Source of the DNA: Desulfatiglandales bacterium
Lineage (GTDB): Bacteria > Desulfobacterota > DSM-4660 > Desulfatiglandales > Desulfatiglandaceae
Length of the DNA: 64,000 bases
NCBI GenBank assembly: GCA_963662465.1
Contig: OY759599.1
Span: 1,120,001 to 1,184,000 of the forward strand
Direction of reading: 5' to 3'
Under the pieces are notes generated by a model that was not told the origin of the DNA, ran no database searches, and saw only the letters and a program-made list of their open reading frames with translations. Shown one piece after another: positions 18,823 to 28,661 of the stretch (position 1 is its first letter; each line of letters opens with the position of its first letter). The position numbers and the translations under genes were made by a program.

Positions 18823-21030
18823 CGCCGGCACATGGATCAGATGCACCACCGAGGCATGATGGGCCATTTCCGGGACCATGGAGGCGAGTTCATTGGGAGC
18901 CTTTAACAGGAAGCGTTCATCAATATGCGTTCCCTTCTGATCCGGATAGATGGCCATGGGGATAATCTCCGCTTCCACGAGATCGTTGAAAAAATGAGTG
19001 CCGTAGGAGACTTCCGGTGTAGATCCGTCGGCTTCAAAGGCGATTTCGCCTAAAGTGAGGGTGTTATTGATGTCTTCATATCCTACGCGGACACCGAGAT
19101 TGATGTCGTTGCTGCCCCATCGCCCCGGACCGAAAAGGGCATACCGTTTTTCCGCCAGAAGCCTGTTTATTTTGCCCACAACACGACCGATCTCCATTTT
19201 TTCGTCATAGCGGGTGATGTTGTTATAGGACCGGGGGTCCACATAAACCACGTATTCAATATCCTCGATGAGGCCGTTGGTGACGCCGCGGTTATTGGTG
19301 AAAAGGACCTGGGTACGGGGAATATCCGTTGGCAGGGAGACTTTTGCCAATTGGGCTCTCATGGAGAGGGTGCGGCATTGAAGGAGATAAAGTCTGCCGT
19401 TATCCCAGGCAAATTCCACATCCACCGGCCGTCCATAGGCGGTTTCCAGCTTATTGAGGATCTTTTTCATGCTGCTGATGAACGGGGTTCGGGTGAGAAG
19501 GTTATGGAAGGTGAGGCAGCTGTGATCAATATCGATTGTTCGGCCTTTGAACATGGGGGCGGCCAGATTGCCTTCCTGGTCCACCGATACGGCATCATAT
19601 AGATCCGGATGGTCAATCTGGCGCATCAAATCCAGAAAGGCAACGGGTTCCACCCGGCTCGTTTTCAGGTTGAAGACATCCACCGTTTTCTGGGAATATT
19701 TGCGGATCTGTCCCGGGTCCACCTCGGGCCTCAGAAGGGGATGGCTCACGGGAATCATTCTGGGATAATCATCTCCCACCCGATCCACGGCGCGCGTACC
19801 CAACCCGAAAACCAGTCGAATGATCCCGTCTTCCTTTTTAATGCGGGGGGTCCATCCATAGGCATTGAAGGAGAAGGCGACGCCCGCGGCAAAGGGAAAG
19901 AAATAGTCGCCGAAACGACGCCCCACCACCTTCTGGGCCAGAACGCTCATCCTTTCGTCAAAATCCAGAAGTTTCCGCTCTTTGCGGTAAAGGATGGGGG
20001 CTGGTCCAAAGGTGCTCATGAGTACCTGTTTCACTCCCCAGATGAATTCTTTAAGCCGTTCTTCGATATCTCCGTGGTTTGAAATAAATACGGAGTTGTA
20101 TTTCCCCGAAAAAGCGTGACCGAAATTATCTTCCAGAAGGCTGGAGGATCTCAAAATCAGCGGATGTTCCCCCACCTCATCGAGGAACTTGCGAAACAGG
20201 CTCACAGTATCGGGTGGAAAGGTGGTGTTGGCCATGATGCCGGGGATTTTTTGGAAGGCTTCCTCAATGTCGTCCCGGTTTTTGTATTTGTGGGTGTGCA
20301 GTTCATAGAGATGGTTGTAATCCACAAAATCGGAGAAAATGCCGGAGTTGAAATAATAGGATTCGGGGATGGCCAAATAACGTTCCAGCTCGGGATCCCT
20401 TTCCGTGAGTCGCGGCAGGATGATTCGGTAGGCCAGCAGTAATCCGGCCGCCTTGCCGCCGATCCGTCCCGGATACCGCGGGCTCCAGTAGGAGCGTTCA
20501 ACCATTTCATCGATGTCGCGTATGGTGATGTGTTGCTTGGCGATTCCCAGGAACGGAAGCTGGTTGGAGATAAAATGGTTGATCAGGGCTACCCGGACCC
20601 CCTCCGCTTCACTGGGGGACACAAATGTGGTTCCCTCGGGAATTTCACAGAATTCCCGCAGGGCCTTCTTCATCCGAAGGGATGTAACCCCTTCGGTGCT
20701 GACCACCTTGACCAGGTTTTGCAGCCGGTCTTCTTTTCGGGCAAGGTTGATATACTGGTCGATCTCCGGGTCGTTAAAATGTTGAACCAGCGCAAGATCA
20801 ACGGCTGCATCCATGTATTCACGGAGCGTTTTTTCCGTAGGGGGTAGCTGTTCCCTCGAAATAGCGTTTTCGGCATCTCTTCTGATCTGCTCCGGATGAA
20901 GAAATGCCTTTTCCAGCAGAACAGCCCGGAAAATTTTCCGCATGGCCTCCACAAGATGGGGGTGCCGCATCATTTTCCGATACATGCGGCAGGCACGCAC
21001 CAGATGGTGTTGTGTCTGTTCATCGGCCAT
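18742..21030 (-). CDS. PEP/pyruvate-binding domain protein (PEP synthase N-terminal-like)
   Basis: IGGKAAGL, RSSSLLED, FSGKY, GLGTRAV, PVDVEFA, GPGRWGS, SYGTHFF; next to gdh. Confidence 0.85.
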   Translation of the reverse strand: MADEQTQHHLVRACRMYRKMMRHPHLVEAMRKIFRAVLLEKAFLHPEQIRRDAENAISREQLPPTEKTLREYMDAAVDLALVQHFNDPEIDQYINLARKEDRLQNLVKVVSTEGVTSLRMKKALREFCEIPEGTTFVSPSEAEGVRVALINHFISNQLPFLGIAKQHITIRDIDEMVERSYWSPRYPGRIGGKAAGLLLAYRIILPRLTERDPELERYLAIPESYYFNSGIFSDFVDYNHLYELHTHKYKNRDDIEEAFQKIPGIMANTTFPPDTVSLFRKFLDEVGEHPLILRSSSLLEDNFGHAFSGKYNSVFISNHGDIEERLKEFIWGVKQVLMSTFGPAPILYRKERKLLDFDERMSVLAQKVVGRRFGDYFFPFAAGVAFSFNAYGWTPRIKKEDGIIRLVFGLGTRAVDRVGDDYPRMIPVSHPLLRPEVDPGQIRKYSQKTVDVFNLKTSRVEPVAFLDLMRQIDHPDLYDAVSVDQEGNLAAPMFKGRTIDIDHSCLTFHNLLTRTPFISSMKKILNKLETAYGRPVDVEFAWDNGRLYLLQCRTLSMRAQLAKVSLPTDIPRTQVLFTNNRGVTNGLIEDIEYVVYVDPRSYNNITRYDEKMEIGRVVGKINRLLAEKRYALFGPGRWGSNDINLGVRVGYEDINNTLTLGEIAFEADGSTPEVSYGTHFFNDLVEAEIIPMAIYPDQKGTHIDERFLLKAPNELASMVPEMAHHASVVHLIHVPASTGGHLLHIYQDGQGQQGMGFFGPPS

Positions 21031-21056
21031 TTTGTTGCCTTTTTCTCTCGTGGGCC

Positions 21057-21091
21057 AAAAAACTTAAAACTTAAAACCTAAAACTTAAAAC
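21057..21091. repeat. Short 7-bp tandem repeat
   Basis: AAAACTT / AAAACCT units between gdhA and the downstream gene. Confidence 0.7.
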
Positions 21092-21105
21092 CGCGGCTTG
21101 CCGCA

Positions 21106-22356
21106 CTACACCCACCCCCGCAGCTTGCAGGCTTCGGCTACCCGTGCCACGGCCACCAGATAGGCGGCATTTCGCATGTGGATGGCGTGGTTTCGACTCA
21201 TCTCGTAAACGCTTTCAAAAGCGCGGCGCATGGTATCTTTCAGGCGAAAGTGAATCTCATCCAGATTCCAGTAGAGATTGTAGGTGTTCTGGACCTGTTC
21301 CAGGTAGGAGACCGTGACGCCGCCCGCATTGGCCAGAAAATCCGGGAGAACGAATACGTTGTTTTCGTAAAGGATATCATCGGCATCCGGGGTGGTGGGG
21401 CCGTTTGCCAGCTCGCACAAAATGGCGCAGCGGATTTTGGAAGCGTTTTCCTTCGTGATGACGTTTTCAAGGGCTGCCGGGAAAAGCACCGATGTTTCCA
21501 GTTCCAGCAGCTCTTTGTTGGTGATGGCATCGGCATCGGCAAAACCCTTAAGACTGCCGGTACGGATTTTGTGGTCAATGAGGGCTTTTGCGTCAATCCC
21601 CCTGGGGTTGTAAACGCCCCCTTTGGAATCCGTTGCGCCCACCAGTTTCATGCCGATCAGTTCCTCGCCGATGCGTGCCGCATGTTGGCCTGCGTTCCCG
21701 AAGCCCTGGATGGCCATGGCGCCGCCCTTGAGGTCCATTTCAAGGGCTTTGGCTGCCTCTCTAACCACGTATATGCCCCCTCGGGCCGTGGCATCCCCCC
21801 GCCCCTGGGAGCCTCCCAGGGCGATGGGTTTTCCGGTGATGACACCCGGATGGTGTTCTCCCGTAATGACTTCATATTCATCCATCATCCAGGCCATAAT
21901 CTGGGGAGTGGTGTAGACGTCCGGCGCCGGTACATCTTTCGTAACGCCCAGGGTTCTCCCCACGGCGCGTACGTAAGCACGGGCCAGACGTTCTTTTTCG
22001 TTTTCGGTCAACTCCTTGGGATTGCAGACCACGCCGCCCTTGCCGCCGCCTAAAGGAATATCCACCACGGCTGTTTTCCAGGTCATCCAGGCGGCCAGGG
22101 CACGCACCGTATCGATGGTTTCATCGGGATGCCATCGGATGCCCCCCTTTGCCGGGCCGCGCGCCGTGTTGTACTGAATGCGGAACCCATGAAACACCCG
22201 TGTGGTCCCGTCATCCATCTTGACGGGCATGGTCACCTCCAATTCGCGCATGGGCCACCGAAGGAGTTCGTGGGTGGCTTCGTCGAGTCCCAGTTTTTCC
22301 GCTGCATGATCCAGTTGTTGCTGTGCGATCCGAAATGGGTTTAACTTTTCTGACAT
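21106..22356 (-). CDS. gdhA: Glu/Leu/Phe/Val dehydrogenase (glutamate dehydrogenase)
   Basis: GPAKGGIR, GGGKGG, DVPAPDV, IQGFGNAG, ANGPTT, NAGGVTVSY. Confidence 0.92.
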   Translation of the reverse strand: MSEKLNPFRIAQQQLDHAAEKLGLDEATHELLRWPMRELEVTMPVKMDDGTTRVFHGFRIQYNTARGPAKGGIRWHPDETIDTVRALAAWMTWKTAVVDIPLGGGKGGVVCNPKELTENEKERLARAYVRAVGRTLGVTKDVPAPDVYTTPQIMAWMMDEYEVITGEHHPGVITGKPIALGGSQGRGDATARGGIYVVREAAKALEMDLKGGAMAIQGFGNAGQHAARIGEELIGMKLVGATDSKGGVYNPRGIDAKALIDHKIRTGSLKGFADADAITNKELLELETSVLFPAALENVITKENASKIRCAILCELANGPTTPDADDILYENNVFVLPDFLANAGGVTVSYLEQVQNTYNLYWNLDEIHFRLKDTMRRAFESVYEMSRNHAIHMRNAAYLVAVARVAEACKLRGWV

Positions 22357-22479
22357 TTCTCACTCCTTAATGGCCGAAATCTATTAACCGCTATTCTGTT
22401 AATGCAATGATGCGATAGAAAACCTAGCCTCCTCAGCATACCTTGTAAAGGGATGCAGTTGCAAGGGCAAGTTCACGAC

Positions 22480-22495
22480 TTTTCTCTTGACATGA
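22480..22495 (+). repeat. Putative attL
   Basis: TTTTCTCTTGACATGA, 15/16 identical to 36872-36887. Confidence 0.7.
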
Positions 22496-22621
22496 TAGGA
22501 GGCAGCATTTCCTTACTTCAATAAAATCAACAACTTAACATGACTAAACAGGGCGCAGGGAGCAAGATAATATACGGATAATGCTCCCTAAATGCAACCA
22601 AATTACCGCGTTTTACCAGGG

Positions 22622-22657
22622 GAGGCTGCCAAAATTATCCGGCAGCCTCTTTTTTTT
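22622..22657 (+). terminator. Intrinsic terminator inside the left end of the element
   Basis: GAGGCTGCC-loop-GGCAGCCTC followed by T8. Confidence 0.85.
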
Positions 22658-22689
22658 GTGATTTTTTTGAAAAAAAACAACCGGAGGGG

Positions 22690-22724
22690 TTGACATCACA
22701 TAAATAATGATGATAGTATTGTCA
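22690..22724 (+). promoter_or_regulatory. sigma70-like promoter with TGACA..TGTCA inverted repeat
   Basis: TTGACA-N18-TAGTAT upstream of ORF 22771. Confidence 0.55.
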
Positions 22725-22770
22725 TTAAGCAATACGCATATAAATATAGAGATACAGGGGGATGTAAAAA

Positions 22771-23043
22771 ATGAGCAAAAAATCGGTGACTATAAAATTG
22801 GAAGAGGACCGCGTGCAGCTATTGAATGACGCTGCCGATGAAATGAAAATTACGAAAACGGATATTATTAGCAGAGGCATACCGCTGGCGATTGTATGGC
22901 AGCGAGCAAAAGACGTGCTGCCCATGCCGAAAAAACTGATCTTTAACGAAAAAAGGGGTGTGTATCAAGCGGAGGCAGATTATCGAAAAGAATTTTTTGC
23001 GAAATTTGTGGAGCTGGCGGAGCGCAGCATAGCGATTCCATAG
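22771..23043 (+). CDS. Small ribbon-helix-helix-like DNA-binding protein
   Basis: KSVTIKLEED..LLNDAADEMKITKTDIISRGI pattern; GGGGG RBS. Confidence 0.55.
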   Translation: MSKKSVTIKLEEDRVQLLNDAADEMKITKTDIISRGIPLAIVWQRAKDVLPMPKKLIFNEKRGVYQAEADYRKEFFAKFVELAERSIAIP

Positions 23044-23197
23044 CACCGAAAACACAATTTAATATCTCAACTGGCGGGTGCCGCTCCCCTGGAATGGAGC
23101 ATCGAAAGATGAGGACCCCTTAATGGATGCCACGGAGATCAATTTCATTTTTGATTTTTGTGGCATTTTTTTTGTGCCACGGGAAGGGGAAGTTAAA

Positions 23198-23428
23198 ATG
23201 GCACAAGCATGGGGAGGAATCAAAGACGCTTGCCAGTATGCAGGGCGATGTGAGCGAACAGTAAGAAACTGGCTGGCGGAGGGATTAAGGCACAGTAGGT
23301 TGCCGAGCGGAAGAATCCTTATCAAATTTGACGACATCGATAATTACCTTTCGCAATTTGCAGTGACCGAATCCGAGATTGACCGGCAGGTGAGCGAGAT
23401 GCTGCGCGGCATGGGACGGAGGTGTTGA
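23198..23428 (+). CDS. Excisionase/HTH_17-like protein
   Basis: IKDACQYAGRCERTVRNWLAEGLRHSRLPSGRILIKFDDIDNYL. Confidence 0.8.
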   Translation: MAQAWGGIKDACQYAGRCERTVRNWLAEGLRHSRLPSGRILIKFDDIDNYLSQFAVTESEIDRQVSEMLRGMGRRC

Positions 23429-24612
23429 CCATGGGCTCATCACAACCAGGTTTTTTTAGTGCAGATGAACTGGCAGCGGATTTCGGAATTGAAAATCCCA
23501 TCGACAAAAAGAGCCTAACTGCTCGCTGGATCGTGCCTCCATTTAGCGTGCTGGATAGCCGTCAATCTTATTGGCAAAAGCGCAAAAGGCAGTGGCTCAA
23601 TTTGGGAATCCAGAGCGAGTTGGGCAGAGGCGAGGCATTAACGCTCGGCATCACGCCCGATGGAAAATCCACAAAAGATAAAAATGTAGCATGGACGGAC
23701 CGTGGCAAAGCCAAATTATCACCTGGTGGCTCGCCCATGCCAGCCGCAGACTACAGCCGACGCGAGAGAGGCGATGGGCGTGGACGACCAATGGCCAGAT
23801 GTTTCGGGGAGGATTTGATGAAGGGCGAAAACGCCAAATTTGCAAAAGCGCAACCGGCAATTAACTCCTTATATAATAGGAGCGAAACCGCAGGCGGCAC
23901 CGAATCCAAGACCGGCACATCCATTTTTGATCCGTGCTTGTGCGAGCTGGCAAATCAATGGTTTTGCCGTCCGGGTGGCCACCTGCTTGATCCTTTTGCT
24001 GGTGGCTCTGTTAGAGGCATCGTGGCATCAGTAACCGGACGGAATTACACCGGAATTGACCTATCTGAGAGGCAAATTGTGGCCAACAGGGAGCAAGGCC
24101 AGGAGCTATGCAAGGAGCCCATGCCGGAATGGATTGTGGGCGATGCTGGCGACGTGAGAACCCTTGCTGGCGGACCTTTTGATCTGCTTTTTTCATGTCC
24201 GCCCTATGGGAATCTTGAGGTTTATAGTGATGATCCACAAGACCTTTCAACCATGAGCTGGGATGAGTTTTTGAGCGCCTATCAACACATCATTAAAGAG
24301 TGCTGCCGGATGCTGCGCCCTCATCGTTTTGCAATTTTTGTGGTGGGCGACATCAGAGACAAGGACGGGCACTATCGCAATTTACCAGGCGCAACCATCA
24401 CCGCGTTTCAAGCAGCCGGACTGCAATTATACAACCATGCAATCTTACTTAACGCGCTGGGCTCCTTGCCGATCAGGGCGCACAAGCAGATGGCAGCATC
24501 ACGCAAACTGGGGAAGGGGCACCAGGATGTGCTGGTGTTTTGCAAGGGTTCATGGCGCAAAGCGGTGGCGGAGCTGGCGGATGAACAGATAAGAGGCAGT
24601 TATTTACGTTAA
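23422..24612 (+). CDS. Phage-type amino (N4/N6) DNA methyltransferase
   Basis: PPFSVLD, SIFDP, LDPFAGGSVRG, FSCPPY, HQDVLVF. Confidence 0.85.
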   Translation: MLTMGSSQPGFFSADELAADFGIENPIDKKSLTARWIVPPFSVLDSRQSYWQKRKRQWLNLGIQSELGRGEALTLGITPDGKSTKDKNVAWTDRGKAKLSPGGSPMPAADYSRRERGDGRGRPMARCFGEDLMKGENAKFAKAQPAINSLYNRSETAGGTESKTGTSIFDPCLCELANQWFCRPGGHLLDPFAGGSVRGIVASVTGRNYTGIDLSERQIVANREQGQELCKEPMPEWIVGDAGDVRTLAGGPFDLLFSCPPYGNLEVYSDDPQDLSTMSWDEFLSAYQHIIKECCRMLRPHRFAIFVVGDIRDKDGHYRNLPGATITAFQAAGLQLYNHAILLNALGSLPIRAHKQMAASRKLGKGHQDVLVFCKGSWRKAVAELADEQIRGSYLR

Positions 24613-24705
24613 GCCGTCTGGGCCCGTGCCGCTCCGGGAATGGGGCGGCAAGCGCTTCCTCCAACAGCGTGGGCCCAGATTTTTAAAATTTTGAAAGGGT
24701 TTGAA

Positions 24706-24960
24706 ATGGAACAGATACGGGTGAAATCATCAACAGAATTGATGGATATGAAATTTGAGCCAAAAGTAATTTGTGACGGAAAATGGATCACCATATTAAA
24801 TGATCACGGTGGTTATGACATCGAATTATCACGGTGTAATACCGCACAATCAATACTGGCGTGGGTTGCTCATCTGAGCGAAAAAATCTGGATTGAAACA
24901 CAAATGATTAATGAATTTGTGAAAATTGCTACGAAAAAAGCAGGCATAAAAATTTATTGA
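24706..24960 (+). CDS. Hypothetical protein
   Basis: ORF with AAAGGG RBS, co-oriented in the early operon. Confidence 0.55.
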   Translation: MEQIRVKSSTELMDMKFEPKVICDGKWITILNDHGGYDIELSRCNTAQSILAWVAHLSEKIWIETQMINEFVKIATKKAGIKIY

Positions 24961-25047
24961 ACGGCTTGCTCGGGGTGCCTCCTTGCAGGGAGGTAAAGGG
25001 CTCCTGCAAAGCCCAACTCCGAGCAATTTTCCATTGCAGGAGGAAAT

Positions 25048-27114
25048 ATGGACACAACACAATTAACAAGATTTGAACCTGATAAAATACCTCGGCGGAT
25101 GAGGATGCACAAGCAATGGATATGCTGGCGTCCGGTGCCACGAGACGGCGGCAAGGTAGATAAAATCCCGATTGATCCACAAACCCTCCGAGCGGCAAAG
25201 ACAAATGATAAGACCACCTGGACAGATTTCAAAACGGCGGTGGCATCGGCAAAGGCTAACAGCCTCGGGCTCGGTTTTGTGTTTTCAGAAACGGATACTT
25301 TTTGCGGGATCGACCTTGACGACTGCTTTGAGAACGGCAGACCGGTTGACTGGGCGCAAAACCTAGTTGAACAAATGGGCTCATATGCGGAGGTGACTCC
25401 ATCGGGCAAGGGGTTGCATATCATAGCCATGGGCGAGCTGCGAGGCAAGAGGCGGAGGAAGGGCCAGGTTGAGGCGTACCAGACCGGGCGCTTTTTTACG
25501 GTTACAGGTGCGAGATTGACGGACATCAATTATGTGGCCGAAAACCAGGACGGGATTGATCAGTTTTATCAGACCCATTTTGATGAGCCTGAGCCTGTGC
25601 CGGTTGCGCCACCGAAACCTGAGCCAGTATCGACACCGACACACACAGAAAATAATATCTTAAATGGGCTCAAATCCATATCAGCTTTTGAGCGTTTGTT
25701 CAATGGCGACATGGGCACCTATCCAAGTCAATCGGAGGCGGACCTCGCCTTGTGTAGCATGATTGCGCGGAGGACGGATGATCCACAGATGATTGATGAG
25801 ATTTTTCGTCAGTCAAGACTTTACCGTGACAAATGGGACCAGCTTAGGGGAGCCCAAACCTATGGTGGGATCACCATCGGCAAGGCGCTTGAGGGTGCGC
25901 CAGCTATCCCCACCATTGGCATAAGCACAAGGGATATGGATGTAGAGATCGAGCAATACAAGCCATTTCCCATGGATATTATGGGCGGACTTGCTGGTGA
26001 CTTTGCCATGGCGCAAAGCCAATGCGTGGAGGCGCCACCGGAGTTTTTGTATATGGCGTTTTTAACCTGCCTTGGATCAATACTATCCGGCAGAGCAACC
26101 ATTGCCATGGGGTGGGAGATACAGCCGAGGCTATACGTTTTGATCCTGGGTGAAACCGCAGAAGGGCGAAAATCCACAGCACTTAAGATTGTGACAAACT
26201 TCTTCAAGGATGCGTTTCGGGAAGACGAGCCAGCAAGTTTGAATTCTTCCTGGGGTTTCGGAAGCGCTGAAGGTTTACAAAAAGCTCTATCGGAGAATAA
26301 CAATTTATTGCTGTGTCTGGATGAGTTTAAAGCTTTTGTCTCAAAAGCCAGCATCAAAGGCAGCGTGCTACTCCCTGCCGTGACGCAGCTCTTTGAGAGT
26401 AACAGTTATGAGAACCAGACGAAAACCACACACCTTAAAATACAGGATGCTCATTTTTCGCTGTTGGCAGCGAGTACCATCGACACATATGAGAGAACAT
26501 GGGATGCGTCATTTTCGGATATCGGGTTCCTCAACCGGTTGTTTCTCATCGTGGGAAAGTCCGAGCGCAGGTTTGCATTCCCACAGCGATTAGACCAACA
26601 AACAGCCACCCATTACAAGGCGAGACTGCGCCAGATGATACACAAGATATATGCCGTTGATGGAGGCTTGATGCAGCTAGGATTTACACCTGATGCACAA
26701 GAGAAACACAGTGACTGGTATTTCAACCAGGATGAATCAATATACTCGCGCAGGCTGGACACATATGCACTAAGGTTGATGATCCTGCTGGCCATAAACG
26801 AGGGTAAAACGCTGATCGACAGCGAGGTGGTTGCTAAGGTTATCCGGCTTTGTGACTGGCAGCTTGATATCCGTAAATCACTGAGCCCGATTGACGGAGA
26901 TAATGCAGCGGCAATCATGGAGGAAAAGATCAGGAGAGCGCTGGCCACAAAGGGAGATTTAACTAAGAGAGAGTTGAGGAGATTTACAAATGCAGACCGG
27001 AGCGGTTTATGGTTATTCGATACTGCGTTAACGAATTTGATTAAAGCGGAGGAGGCGACACTTGCAAAAAGCGGACGCACGGAACTGTATCATTATATTC
27101 AACTGTCGTCATAA
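25048..27114 (+). CDS. Primase-polymerase fused to a DUF3987/YfjI-like ATPase-helicase
   Basis: QWICWR, GIDLDDC, YAEVTPSGKGLH, GRFFTVTG, SQSEAD, RDKWD; C-terminal GETAEGRKS, SAEGL, LDEF, GFLNR. Confidence 0.85.
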   Translation: MDTTQLTRFEPDKIPRRMRMHKQWICWRPVPRDGGKVDKIPIDPQTLRAAKTNDKTTWTDFKTAVASAKANSLGLGFVFSETDTFCGIDLDDCFENGRPVDWAQNLVEQMGSYAEVTPSGKGLHIIAMGELRGKRRRKGQVEAYQTGRFFTVTGARLTDINYVAENQDGIDQFYQTHFDEPEPVPVAPPKPEPVSTPTHTENNILNGLKSISAFERLFNGDMGTYPSQSEADLALCSMIARRTDDPQMIDEIFRQSRLYRDKWDQLRGAQTYGGITIGKALEGAPAIPTIGISTRDMDVEIEQYKPFPMDIMGGLAGDFAMAQSQCVEAPPEFLYMAFLTCLGSILSGRATIAMGWEIQPRLYVLILGETAEGRKSTALKIVTNFFKDAFREDEPASLNSSWGFGSAEGLQKALSENNNLLLCLDEFKAFVSKASIKGSVLLPAVTQLFESNSYENQTKTTHLKIQDAHFSLLAASTIDTYERTWDASFSDIGFLNRLFLIVGKSERRFAFPQRLDQQTATHYKARLRQMIHKIYAVDGGLMQLGFTPDAQEKHSDWYFNQDESIYSRRLDTYALRLMILLAINEGKTLIDSEVVAKVIRLCDWQLDIRKSLSPIDGDNAAAIMEEKIRRALATKGDLTKRELRRFTNADRSGLWLFDTALTNLIKAEEATLAKSGRTELYHYIQLSS

Positions 27115-27341
27115 CTGTCGTCAGGGGGTTTACGACAGTTATGTGGTTGATATGTTTAAGGAAACTGAAACTGTCGTCAAGATTAGTATATGTGGTACAG
27201 CTCCAGGCAAAACAATAATAAAATCTCTATATATCTATATGGGGGTAAAAACTGACGACACAAAGATATAAATGTAGTTATTTAAAGGAGTTAACTGTCG
27301 TAAATGGGCGACGACACTTTGACGACAGTTGACGACAGTTT
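27101..27341. repeat. Iteron-like array, candidate replication origin
   Basis: About nine exact or partial copies of AACTGTCGT(C/A)A in both orientations around an AT-rich core, right at the primase stop. Confidence 0.75.
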
Positions 27342-27372
27342 GAGATATATAAATCTGTGGAGGAAAAGAGTT

Positions 27373-27711
27373 ATGGGACGAAATTGGACCGACGAAATGA
27401 ACATTGATGAGGCGGTGGCGGTGGCGGATCTGCTCGGGATCAAGCACGAGCTGCGCCATACCAGCAACCAGGATTTTATGATTGATTTATACTGCCGTTT
27501 GATTGCGCTTGATAATGGCGTGATGTTTATCCGACGATATGAATTTGTGTGGAGTACCATATATGGCCAGGTAATTGAATGGTTTCAAAGGGCGCAGGAT
27601 GCTCTATGGAATTGCAATCGGTATGGAGCGGCAGACCATGGACCAGGCCAGCGGTGGGCGGCAGGACGGCAGGCACAGAAGAAATCTGACTCGGCACAAG
27701 TCTTGTCTTGA
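27373..27711 (+). CDS. Hypothetical protein
   Basis: ORF with GGAGG upstream; start inferred. Confidence 0.5.
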   Translation: MGRNWTDEMNIDEAVAVADLLGIKHELRHTSNQDFMIDLYCRLIALDNGVMFIRRYEFVWSTIYGQVIEWFQRAQDALWNCNRYGAADHGPGQRWAAGRQAQKKSDSAQVLS

Positions 27712-27761
27712 AACTGTATCAGGTTAATCCATAATTATGATACAGTTTTTGGGAGGTAGAA

Positions 27762-28160
27762 ATGAAACGAATTAAGGCAAAAATAAGGCAAAAACCGACC
27801 GATGGAGACGCCATGGCGCAGACCATCAAGACCGACGCCATTGACGGCAGGACCAAGCAGGCACGGCACATCAAGCGGATAAAGGACGGCTTGACCGATG
27901 CTCCCATCAACACCGCAAAGGCGCTGCTCAAGGCGCTCGTGGCGCAGAACACGGTGATCTCGCAGGAGATCTATAACGCTGCGCTCAACTCCGGCAGCCT
28001 CATCGACGCAAAGGGCAAGCTCAATCCACTCATCGAAAAGTCCCTGGTCAAATACCAGAACGCCAGCAAATCGGCTTTGATCGAGCTATTGAAACTTGAG
28101 GGCGGCAAGGCAGAGGACAATCCGGAGGACATTTTCAGCGATGTTTTTGACGGTTGCTAG
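27762..28160 (+). CDS. Hypothetical protein, possible terminase small subunit
   Basis: GGAGG RBS; helical 132 aa with IDGRTKQAR; positioned upstream of terL. Confidence 0.5.
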   Translation: MKRIKAKIRQKPTDGDAMAQTIKTDAIDGRTKQARHIKRIKDGLTDAPINTAKALLKALVAQNTVISQEIYNAALNSGSLIDAKGKLNPLIEKSLVKYQNASKSALIELLKLEGGKAEDNPEDIFSDVFDGC

Positions 28161-28286
28161 TATAGCATCAAGGCAAAACCTGGTGCCTATCCCTATGTTT
28201 TCTTTGTGGATTCCGTTTTCTCCTCTGCCGGTGGTTGCACCTGGGGAGCAATTCCGGCATGAAAACGGGGATTATCACCGGCTCCT

Positions 28287-28380
28287 GGGCCCAGGACCGG
28301 GTGCGGATATGCCGACGGACACCATGGCGCAGGGCCCAGGACCGGGTGCGGATATGACGACGGACACCATGGCGCAGGGC
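28287..28380 (+). repeat. 45-bp tandem duplication
   Basis: GGGCCCAGGACCGGGTGCGGATATG(C/A)CGACGGACACCATGGCGCA x2. Confidence 0.92.
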
Positions 28381-28661
28381 ATGGGCAAGGCCATTGCAAG
28401 GGCGCTATCACTACCTCCGATTGTGGGGCGGATGTGGGTGTCACAAGGCATAATCTGTACCTTAAATCAATAGCTTGTGGGAGGCCCCGACCTCGCGGTG
28501 TTGAAAACGATTTTTAATCGGGTATGAGCCCACACCCAAAATGTCAAAAATTAAAAATTATAGCATGACGCAAAACGCCAAAACCCAAAATGTAAAATTC
28601 AAAAATTATAACACACTGGCCATGGCCAGACACATAAACCCAAAAGAGAGAGGTAAAGACA

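Noticed and set aside
22357..22770. tRNA or tmRNA as the integration target
   Set aside because: No cloverleaf or T-loop/CCA signature seen at either end of the element.
27101..27341. Repeat cluster as a CRISPR array
   Set aside because: 11-bp units in both orientations with irregular spacing.
28096..28473. ORFs spanning the 45-bp repeat
   Set aside because: No clear RBS; the repeated peptide simply reflects the DNA duplication.
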